A stretch of 64,000 bases of DNA. It comes from Selaginella moellendorffii (taxonomy: Eukaryota; Plantae; Lycopodiophyta). Positions 41,036-51,796 of the stretch are shown here, one piece after another (position 1 is the stretch's first letter; the number at the start of each line of letters is the position of its first letter). The stretch spans positions 585,243 to 649,242 of the forward strand of contig NW_003314351.1 of NCBI RefSeq assembly GCF_000143415.4, read 5' to 3'. The position numbers were made by a program, and so were the translations under genes. The notes below the pieces were generated by a model. That model was not told the origin of the DNA and did no database searches. It saw only the letters and a list, made by a program, of their open reading frames with translations.

Positions 41036-43366
41036 TGCAGTGAAACTGGCTTTTAAATAAGGATCATGACATATACCATGTTGTGGCTTCACACCTGCAC
41101 ACCTCCTTTTCATCTTCTTAACAGGTAGAGTGTCTTGATGCTAATCATTGAAATATAATGCTTTCAGCAGTTCTGTATTGTGTTTGCACAGTAATAACAA
41201 TGTCAAAGAACATAAAAGGGAAAATTGCCTTAATTTCTTTGTGGAGACCACTAATTACTTCATTCACTATACACTGCTACTCTTCTAGGGTCAAAACACT
41301 AGAGTTTCATCCAGATCCTTATTCCTCAAGCCAAGAGAAAATTGAGCTTTTTTCTTCACTGCTAGCTAAGCCTTGAGTGCTGCTTGAGCATCAGCATCTT
41401 TAAAACTCACCATGGACATGAGTACACCAGGATGAGAGCAGCACATGGGACCTTGGATTGTAATAGCTGTTGTTGCAGCCTCTCATGATATGCCACCAGT
41501 CCTCCAATCAAGCTGACAAGATCAAACTCTTGCCATGTTCTCTTGCTTAGTGGAGCTTACCAAGAGCAAGCAAGTGAAGATCATCGAGTCTGTCTGTGAT
41601 GATTCTCTCATTCGAGAGTGTTGGCTATTTAATCTATCTGGCCATCTGCAAGCAGTGAAAACTTACCTCAAGATGAGGATACTCAAGAGGAAGACATGGC
41701 TGAGAAGGTGACTGCTCTTCATGTACAATGGGAGAAGATTTATCAAGGTTGTGGAGGCTGCCGGCTCCTTCTTGACAAGTGTACATCATTTGTATTCACT
41801 TATCACATTCTGCAGTCACAGGATCTGTGATCTTCCCCTTACTCACAAGACATTACCAATATGACAGACCTGTCTCTCCAAGACTAGGCCATCCATTCCA
41901 ATCCTATAACCACTCCTTACCATCCTTAGAGCAGTGTTACCTGTGGGGGGCCCTGGGAAAATTCCTGGTCCTCCCATGTTATATGTGGCTCTTTTAGGCA
42001 ATTAGGGCCCAGAATCTGTTTGTTTGACCTAGGAGCGCCTCAGGCCCCGATTCTGGGCCCAGGATCCTCCAGATCAGCCCGAGAGGAGCCCTGGCCAAAC
42101 CTAAATAAAATTTTAGGTTTGGCAGGAAATGAGGTGGTGCTACAGCCAACATGCCCAAGAAAATTCATGGGAGATGGAATCACTGCACCAGCCCTCAAGA
42201 GGACAATCAGGTAGATCACCAGTCCAGATCACAAAGCACCCACCGCAACATCAAAGGTATAATTACAAGCTACAAACCAAGTAAAAGCTAGAAAATTTTG
42301 TGTTTGTATTCATGATGGATTTCTAAGAAAAGTTTGCATATATAGCCTCAGTTTCAGTTCAAAATTCTCATTTGTTTGCAAGTTAGAGTCTTGGGGATGC
42401 TATGGTGAGCTAAAATCTTCATTTCATTCAAGCTAAAAAAATTTTTTTTAGGAAACTCAAATGGACTTGGAACTCATGCAAACTCTAGAGGTAAGTGTTT
42501 AAGAAATTAGATTGTGCTTCTAGAAACATATCTAGTGTAGTCTATGCAGAAATCACTTGCTTAACAAAGTGTTCCACCACCAGGACTTCTCTAAGTCCAC
42601 AAGATTTATCTAATGTGAGTTTTTCAAGTTTATGTTTTACTGTTTGCAATCCAATTGGCTTTGGTTCTTTCCTCATCCATAGTTACATTTCAACAGCAAG
42701 GAATATATAGGCTGCCTCAACACCTCTACTTTCAAGCTCTCAAATCTAGGCTGGTACATATTAAGTGACAAATGCATCACTCGGAATTTGGATCACAAGG
42801 AGCTCTATAATAAAATAGATCAACACATTCTAAAGAGTAGAATTGCAAATCCAAGATTTGCTGCTTCCAATAAGCACAATACAAACAATGAGCACCAATA
42901 CCATAGTTTTGTCTCCCAAGGACTACGCCATTTGTCCTTGAGTGGTCATCTCATAACCACACCTTAGCATCCTTGGGATGCTCGAAGACATAGGGAACAC
43001 CCTTCCTTAATATATCTTCTTCAGTACCCACCAAATCCCTCTTCATCCATGGTAATGCTTGCTAACATCGCCAACCGGTCAGAACCTGAAGGCCCAACCA
43101 CTAAGTCCTATCGACCTCAAGGGACTTCCTCACTATGTGACCATATCTTTAGTCACTACACAAGAGGACTGCTCCTCTTAAGCTCTATTTCGTTAAAGTG
43201 GGATTTATTCAGTAAAATGGGACTAGGTACAAATTTTCAAGTATTTGAAAATGATGTGAAATTATATGTTTTTTGTCCAGGGGCTAGACATATCTGGGGC
43301 AAGGTGACTAGTGCGGTGACTTTGTGTCCAGATTGAGTCCATCTGGTTGTATAATAAATCTCATTG

Positions 43367-46309
43367 TCAAGGTGAACAAGCCGAATCTGAAGCTAAAGAA
43401 GAGCGATGGATATATATCGTATATCCGGAACTTGGCTTGAACCACTCCACAGTTACATTGAAGGAGTTAGTTTCCGCGTCCTCCTTTGCATCAGTGATGC
43501 AGCGCCCCACCCATATCATTTGTTTTTTATTACTGGGTTTGACAAGCACGACCATTCCTTTGCAGACCTGTACTAGATTGAATGCTGAATCCGGCTTCTT
43601 GTTCCTCGGCCCACAATAGTGATCCTCAACATCGTTATCTGTCACTGCATTTCCAGAGGACATTGTTCCGCTATTATCTGGTGCTCTGGGTTCTGGCCAA
43701 AAGGACTCTTCCAATTCTTCATATACAACCGGCCCATTTTGGATAGCAGATATAATCTTCTCCCAGTATTCAAGCAAAGGCTTGCACCTCTGAAAATAGG
43801 ATTCTCCACCAAACACCAACCCCCTCTTCCAGAAGGCAATATGCTGTCTAATCCCGGCCACTATACTTTCCTGGTCTTTGAGTCCATCCGGGTGCATCGG
43901 CCGTGGGGAACCCTGAGGAATCATAGGTTCCCCAGTTATGGGATCTCTCTTGAAGAGTTCAATGCCGTCCACTGGCAGCCACACTGTGTCTCATTCTCTC
44001 ATCTTGTACCTCATCACTGGAGCACCGTCACGCATGCTGAAATGAAACTGAAGAGGCTTGGAGTGGCCAATCAGCGTTTCAGATCCGTCCCTGATGTAGC
44101 CTCTTACAAACCCCTTAAAGTCTTGAACCTCTGTCACAAGTGCAGCTTCAACAGTGCCTTTGATGCAATTTTGGAATTCATCGTAGAGTTGTGGGAGGGT
44201 GAGGACATTGGATCGCCGGAGGGACTCTACCAGGTGACTGAACATGGCATCGACGTCTTCATGAGTGTGCCCAACCATGAGAAAGCCAAGTGTAACCGTT
44301 TCAAATATGCCTTTGGCAACAAGCATCGCCAAGTACGCGAAGATGTACATGTTTTTGTTCTCACTGCCAGCATTGTCTGTTTGGAGTAGAAGATGGGGTG
44401 GAAGGCCACATTGGCCGCAAGAACTTCCTTGAGATTCTGCTTCATTTGGATGAGGTTGTGCATTCACCAGGCGACCAGCCTCGTCGGAATGGCATGAGGC
44501 CTCACGTGATAACCCTACAATCTGACGGCCAACATATTCACTGGGATGACATGGGGCCCCACGTGATACTGCAAGCCTTTGCTCCTCCTCCAGTTGAACC
44601 CTGTATGGGGTTCGATCGACAAGGGCCTTATGCAAGGGTTGGCCGTTCAGCTCAGTCTGCGCACTTTGCAGAGACCTTAAGTGTTTTGCTAGGGACGCAA
44701 TCATCATGTTTGCACCCCCGCCACCCCATAAAGGTACAAAGAAGTTCCCATAGTTCTGGGCACCATGCCCATGAGCAATTATGCCAAACAGAGACACAGG
44801 CAGCTGCATGGATGAAGAGATTGCCTTGGGGGCAAGATTGAGTCGAGGTAAGCACGTCTTTTTCTGGTCCATTTTGTTGTGGATGATGCAGAGGTAAGAG
44901 TCAGGTCTCTCCATGGAGAGAATCCTGTTATGATAATATGCAGTCCTGCAGCTTCTCTGCTCGATGTTGTGGTCGAGCCGCCTTCTAACCAACGTCTCTC
45001 GCTCTTGAGCGATGCAAGAATTCTTCGACAAAGCCATTTTGATAGTAGTGCACTCGTCACACTTTGAAAAGCTGGAGTACTTTCCTATACTCACATCCCT
45101 GAACCTGTTGCTCCACAATCTACTAAATCTAGATTGGCTCAGCTTCCTGTAGCCATTACTCTGGAGTTCCCGATTCACATCTTCCAATATGGCCCCCTTG
45201 GTATACATGGAAGGGAGAACTCGTTGGGTGTCTCGTGTTCCATCTTCCAAAAGGCGGGTTTTATGTGGTTGCTGCTCGCTACATGTCTCGACAAACCTCT
45301 TGAAGATTGCCTCTCCATATATAACATGACCCCTGGTTTTGTGTGTACTATCGTTCCCATGGACTGCCTGTTGAACCCTTTGTTCCTCGAACTCAGTTTT
45401 GATTCTGTAGAATGTGGTTCGAGGGACTCCATAAATGATTCTCCATACCTTCATGCAAACCAAACCCCTCTGGAAGACCATGCCCCCCACCTGATGTTCT
45501 GAAGCATCAACAGATGACCGTAATGCCTCATATACAAAATTGGGAGCTGCCTTCCAGGACAATGTCTTGTATCTTGCTCTCTCCTCTTCAATAGCATCCC
45601 AATCAGCATGTTGACAGCACCTCCTCTTGCAACAAGCAACTGTCGAGACCATTCGAACCTCCATCGCCATTTTCTGCCTTTTCGGTTCGTTGCTCAAATC
45701 CCTTTGGCTGCGCTTTAGGAAGGTGTACTTTCTTTTCCCATGAAGAGATGTTCTGTCATCAGTTGTAGTGGTGTTTGATTGTGAATCCTTCACATTCTCA
45801 AACACTAAGTGCCTCAATTTCCACCGCACAATGCTTCCAATAGTCAGAATGTTTTCTTCTGTGTCAACAACCTCTAAAATCGCAACTCCAATATCATCCC
45901 AGCCCAATTCTTGATTAGCAACCGCATCTCTTGGATCGACAACTGTGGCTAAGCCCTCAGCTACCACCTCCCCCTCGGGGTTGTTTAGAAACACCTTTGC
46001 CTGAATCCATGTAGCACGGTTCTTAAGATCCATGGAGGGAACATGCGTCGCACTTGCGCTGTCCCCAACATCTGCTTTCTTCTGAAGATTTTTCAAGGCA
46101 ACAACAACATTTACCCCGACGACCATCTCTCCTCGTTCAATAGCGACCACATTCCTATCGAAGACAGTCTCTACTGATATAGCAGCATTGCCTTCCCCAA
46201 GCCTTTGACAGTGTATAACAAAGTTCCGATCCATAGACACAAGGGTCTCTTTTGCAACTCTCTTCCCACCATTCAAAATGTAAACCTTTTCCCCAACCTT
46301 GAAGGCCAT
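43367..46309 (-). pseudogene. Sola1-like transposase, ~980 codons, interrupted by one in-frame TGA at 43991-43993
   Basis: ORFs 43991-46309 and 43367-43984 are in one frame (MRE*DTVWLPVD); motifs IIH(N)KMDQKK, LLLQTDNAGSENKN, FLMVGHTHEDVDAMFS, Cys cluster FSKCDECTTIK; splice acceptor TTTCAG one base upstream of the ATG. Confidence 0.85.
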
Positions 46310-46666
46310 TCTGAAAGTGCAAAAAAGAAGTTAAGACCATAAAAAAAATGATTGGAGAATGGCCTAAATCATAACATACCAAACAACCTCAATAGCATGA
46401 GGCCACATGCCATTATTCAAACATGCTATTAACACCCACGTGAAATTTCGCATTCACAAAATTGGCATGCCATCTTGATATACACACAGCTGTAGGCAAG
46501 TAAAAAACATACATGACAATATGCTAGCCATGAAATTGCAAGGGCCCAAGATGGCATGTGGCCTCATGCCATTTCCAAATGTGGTCCTAAGCCATTCCCT
46601 GGTGAACATACCAGGAAGCACAAGTGCCGAATATCAAGAGGAAGCGGTAGCCACACCAAAGACAGT

Positions 46667-46740
46667 GCCGCTCGCAACACCGCAACTACTCGTAGCGCCG
46701 CTCGCAACACCGCAACTGCTCGTAGCGCCGCTCGCACAAA
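46667..46740. repeat. 30-bp tandem repeat (~2.5 copies) upstream of the transposase
   Basis: GCCGCTCGCAACACCGCAACT(A/G)CTCGTAGC repeated. Confidence 0.85.
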
Positions 46741-47595
46741 CTGCCACTCGCATAAACTGCCGCTCACAATGGCGCTTGCAATGCCGCAACCGCTCGTAGA
46801 CGTATAAACCACAGCTTACAACGCCGCTTACACAAGCAGTGCTCACTGCGCTCAGCGGAACCAAGAACACAGCGCACAAAAATGATAGACCTAGGAATGA
46901 GTTCGAGAATTCAAAAATAACACACGCTTGAACGTCACATCAAATCCTCTGACAAACCAGATCTTATGATTCCTCTGACAAATTTCAAACTGAGTAGCTT
47001 CTAGACTTTGCTGTCGGACGTTGAACTTGGTCACATCATGTCCTTGCCTTGATCCAGCTGTGCCATATCAGTGATTCGAACTTTGCCATGCCATGTCAGC
47101 GATCCGCGCCAAGATTATTCGCCGTGTAAAGGAATAATTATGCTGTGTGTGTACGTCCATTTATGGCAATATAAGGCCACACGCCATTCAAAGAATAATG
47201 CTAGTCAAGCATTTTTTGGTGCATTTTTGGGTTCAAAATTGCATGAGCCCACACGCTATAAAGTTTACCTGTACCAAAAATAAAAACAACTTTATTTACT
47301 TGGGAATTTAAGTGGTTGAGGCATTTTTAAACTTACAAACACATGCCCTACTTACATTCCTTTGGTTGCTTAAAATTCAAAAATATTATAAACCTTTCTT
47401 TTTGCATTTTCAATGTTTTCAATTATGGTTTTTGATTTTCGCAGGACCAGCCTAGTAATCTATTTGCATCCCGTCATGTTTATAGCTAGCTTTCGTTTGT
47501 CCCCTTCGCTAGCCTGAGATACATCTGCTCGGCATCTGCCTCTTACAGCATTTGCCCAGAAAGGGCATCTTTCTTCACGCAGCATTTGCCACATG

Positions 47596-47628
47596 TTTAG
47601 GGTTTAGGGTTTAGGGTTTAGGGTTTAG
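47596..47628 (+). repeat. Plant telomeric tract (TTTAGGG)4 TTTAG inside the transposon
   Basis: Direct reading. Confidence 0.95.
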
Positions 47629-48472
47629 CAATTCAGTAGCTTGATAAACATGCAAATACAGAACTTGATGCAAAATCCTTTGATATGTCACAATGCCCTT
47701 AGGACCATAAACACATTTCAATAGAGAGGGTCCTTTCATTTCATAACTCCTTACGTAGATCTTGGTGAAACCAGAGTTAGTGAAGTTGGTTTCTTGTGAT
47801 CCTGCATCTGATTGTCATGTCCCTTTGCAGTGTCGATGGAAAGGTCAATGCACACCAAACTGTAGAATCTTGGAGCAAAATAACGGTCGGATCTATAGCA
47901 AATGCCCCTGAAACATTGTAAGGCTTGTGTGGTCTCATGTGGTGTCCGATCGAGATGCTTCTTTGCAGGGTCATCAAGAAAGACATTGTATACCATTCTG
48001 TAAAATTTAGTTGCGATCTAACGGTTGGATCTCCAGAAAACTCAAAAAAATCTCGCGTGTGTCAGAATATTCTAGGAATATACTCCTATGTGCCCCTGAA
48101 AATGGCATGCGGCCCCATGCCATTCAAGAGATAACGCCAGATGACGCCGAGCATTTTTTGGTGCATTTTTTGGGATCAAAATTGCATGAGCCCACACGCT
48201 TGAACGTCACATCAAATCCTCTAACAAACCAGATCTTATAATTCCTCTGACAAATTTCAAACTGAGTAGCTTCTAGACTTTGCTGTCGGACGTTGAACTT
48301 TGTCACATCATGTCCTTGCCTGGATCCAGCTGTGCCATGTCAGTGAGTCGAACTTTGCCATGCCATGTCAGCGATCCGCGCCAAGATTATTCGCCGTGTA
48401 ACTGCTCGGCATCTGCCTCTTACAGCATTTGCCCAGAAAGGGCATCTTTCTTCACGCAGCATTTGCCACATG

Positions 48473-48498
48473 TTTAGGGTTTAGGGTTTAGGGTTTAG
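48473..48498 (+). repeat. Plant telomeric tract (TTTAGGG)3 TTTAG inside the transposon (duplicate)
   Basis: Direct reading. Confidence 0.95.
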
Positions 48499-49558
48499 CA
48501 ATTCAGTAGCTTGATAAACATGCAAATACAGAACTTGATGCAAAATCCTTTGATATGTCACAATGCCCCTAGGACCATAAACACATTTCAATAGAGAGGG
48601 TCCTTTCATTTCATAACTCCTTACGTAGATCTTGGTGAAACCAGAGTTAGTGAAGTTGGTTTTTTGTGATCCTGCATCTGATTGTGATGTCCCTTTGCAG
48701 TGTCGATGGAAAGGTTAATGCACACCAAACTGTAGAATCTTGGAGCAAAATAACGGTCGGATCTATGGCAAATGCCCCTGAAACATTGTAAGGCTCGTGT
48801 GGTCTCATATGGTGTCCGATCGAGATGCTTTTTTGCAGGGTCATCAAGAAGGACATTGTATACCATTCTTTATTTAGCTGAACATCTGGCAGTTTTGGAA
48901 ATACAAGATGCTTTGGAATATCCAATCATGCATGGTATAAATATAGCAAGGGTATTAAATGATGATCTTTCTTTTGGATTTCACGTGCATGCAGTCCAAG
49001 GAATGATGACGTTGTGGATTTCTTTTGGATTTCACGTGCATGCATGCGCACGGCGATCCAGAAATTAATGGTGCCGCCCAAGTCCGAGGAATGATGACGT
49101 TGCGGGATTACCAACCGTTGTGACATTTCGCGCGTGTGAGGTTAGGTTTTGCATTTTGCTTCGTACTCGCGTTCGCACACTCGCGCTCACATTGCGTTCG
49201 CACACTCGCACTCGCATCGCGCTCCCACTCGCGATCACGCTCACATTCGCGCTCATCTACCTTCTCTACAGGTTTCTCGTGTGTATCGGCGTCCACTCGC
49301 GCTTGCATCACACTCGCGCTCGCATCGCGCTCGTGTGCATCGGCGTCCACTTCAAGACACACCCAGTTTGTAACTTCGCCGCCAACTCCACCGCCCACTC
49401 CGCCACCCACACGTAGCCCACTTGGCGTCCCGGGAGATTTCAGCGCCACTCTTCAACTGTAAGTGGCAGAGTAGCCTTGCTGCTACAATCCGCTGCACAC
49501 ACAGTGCACATTCGCCAGCAAGTCCGGCCTCGATTGTCATGCCTCCATTCGGCTTCAA

Positions 49559-51336
49559 ATGGTAAGTCTTTTAGGCCAAGTAGAAAATGGCATGAGGCCA
49601 CATGCCATTCAGTAGCAACATTGGCATGCACCGATTGGGCTCTCGAGTGCAGTCTGGTTACAGATGGCGTGTAGCCTCACGCCATCTTAGGATGCAGCCT
49701 CAAGACATCTGATGCAGTGGTGAATGGCGTGTGGTCTCACGTTATTTCCAGCTGCTAGCTTTTCATCTGTCAGCTCTAATTGTTGTGCATTTCTGAATAG
49801 GCAAGGAATTGCGTTCTTCTTCCAGCCACTGTCAATGTGGATGCAGAGAAGGGGGAGGAGCTCACAAGTTGGACTTTCGGGATGGAAGGCGAGGATCTGA
49901 GGCTGTACAACACAGATGGTGGGAGAAAAGAATGCATGGGGATCCTCATCCAAGTGACAGACACTCCATGCAGTTCCATGCAAGAATATGGATTGGCACT
50001 TGTGGTAGAGACAGCGTCCGCCTTCAAGATCCACCTTGCACATCCTAGCGGCTTCCCAGAGGGGGGCAGCGGCTATGAGGAATTCCTAGAGGGAGCTAGG
50101 GAGAGGTTGTCCAGGAGGCCCACAATTTCAAAGACGCTGTGGGTCTATGAAGATCACATGGAATCCACGGACCTCACCTATAGCGATGTTCAAAAAGTAT
50201 ATTCCAACATTGAGCCGTTGAGAGTGACTCCAGTTCGCGAAGCGAAGGGGAAGGGGGTCGATCTGGAAACTACCCCGAAGCAGAAAAGGGTGGTCAAGCT
50301 CAAGCCGACGTCCGACTCTCCTGCTCCAAAAAAGAAGCTACTCGGTGATGCCATTGCCTCGGGTACGAACACTACACCCACCAAAAAGAAGAGCCGCAAA
50401 GAGCAAAAAGAGCAAGAAGAGGTAGCAAAAATCGTCGCAGATAATAGTACTTGTTACTATTCCAACAAAGTACATACAATCGACATGAGCCACATCGACA
50501 TCCAAAGCAAATACAACCACAGGCTAGTATCTGATGAGTGGGTGGAGAAACTGAAGCAGAAAATGCTGGCACGTCTAGTAACACCCGACATCGCAGACGT
50601 GATCCCCTACTACCGAACAATGAAGGGCGAGACGAGGTTTCCAGACTTGATCAATAGGAAGGTGTTGGACGATCAGAACATCCGGTTCTATGCCGTCTCC
50701 GGGCAGCATTCTAGCTTGGCGATGCAAGAGATAGTTGTGGATATTATGGTGGGCGAGGAGGTGAAGAAAGTCTTCAAGACAAGAGTTGTCCGCCTGATAA
50801 AAGGCAACTCGCCCCTCCGATCTATCATATACATCTCCCACGCGCAGAATGTCAAGCAAGAAATGTGCTACAAATCAGGTCTGCACGAGACATTGGCACG
50901 AACACGGAAGCTCTGGGTTCAACTGAAGAAGCCACAAAAACCAGGACAAGGACGTGCACTAGCAACTAGCGCCTGGCAGGTAAGCCTCGTTGCATGTGGC
51001 ATAGCATGTGGCCTCATGCCATTTCCATTGCAGGAATTCTCGAGTCTTCTCTCGAAAACATTGGGGGTCAATGACACACTCAGCATCCATAACATTCTAC
51101 TCGCGACAAAAGTTGTTTTTGACAAATGGGTAGATGTGCTGAGGAGGTACCATGATGGGGAGTTGCTAAACTCAATGAGTGTGGAGGACGGCCGGAAGCC
51201 CAATGATTTGAAGCTCAACATTTTGCGTTTCTCGCGGTCTCTAGACGACGACGACCTTCTGACAGTGGCTAATGCTCTTCTACGTGGTGAGGTAGTCTTC
51301 AACAAGACCAAAATGACTGATGAACCGGACTGCTAG
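49559..51336 (+). CDS. Transposon accessory gene with ParB/sulfiredoxin-like domain; predicted exons 49559-49561, 49801-50979, 51034-51336
   Basis: Long open frame 49801-51336; ATG|GTAAGT donor and TAG|GCA acceptor are in phase; in-frame 54-nt CAG|GTAAGC...TTGCAG intron; ParB-like motif order IDMSHI..YNHR..WVEKLKQKM..FYAVSGQHSSLA..ISHAQN; basic NLS-like stretch (PKKK, KKKSRK). Confidence 0.75.
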
Positions 51337-51796
51337 GTCAAGTGAAATCCTCATCATCGATGACTCGCCGATTAAAACTGCAGTGAACACGCACACATAT
51401 GCAGTGCACCCCATCTCTTGCAGTATGGAAACTAGGGAGAAGAAACCGTATGTTCTGGGGGACCTTGCAAAACGGCTTGGAGCGATGGTGATAGAGAACT
51501 GGCCAGTCCAGGAGGTGGCTGCAGAAATCAACCAAATGGCAGATGGAACGGTATATCAGAAGCCATTTGATCGGACAGACACCAGTCATCATTTATGGCA
51601 TGTATATTGTCTAGCCAAGCACTATCCGCATCTCCATAATCTGCTCAACCAGATGGGTTCTTCGACCACTGAACATGAGCGTGGACGTATTAGAGAAGAG
51701 ATGGCATTACTATTGGGTTTAAATCCTGATAGTGTGGAGAGTGATGAAATTCCAAGATTATTGTATAGGCATTGGAGGCAAAAAATAATAGTCTGA
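51320..51796 (+). pseudogene. C-terminal fragment of an FCP1/NIF-like (HAD) phosphatase-homology protein
   Basis: EILIIDDSPIKTAVNTHTYAVHPISC resembles the plant FCP1-homology motif NTLLIDDSPYKALxNPxxTAIFPxSY; no N-terminal DxDxT motif seen. Confidence 0.55.

Larger units (their letters stand above)
46921..48869. repeat. Internal duplication within the transposon's intergenic region
   Basis: 46921-47129 recurs at ~48193-48401; 47526-47999 recurs at 48402-48869; ~47163-47257 recurs at ~48102-48200. Confidence 0.9.

Noticed and set aside
47596-47628. True chromosome end or fusion site
   Set aside because: Tracts are under 35 bp, in the same orientation, and internal to a TIR-bounded element.
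48978-49040. TTTCACGTG as a bacterial parS site (also CACGTGAAA at ~46437)
   Set aside because: Only partial matches to TGTTTCACGTGAAACA; equally explained as G-boxes.
49065-49462. Short overlapping ORFs rich in Arg/Ser/His/Ala upstream of the accessory gene
   Set aside because: Low-complexity CG-rich sequence open in many frames; more consistent with promoter/5' UTR (a UTR intron is plausible at 49459-49518).
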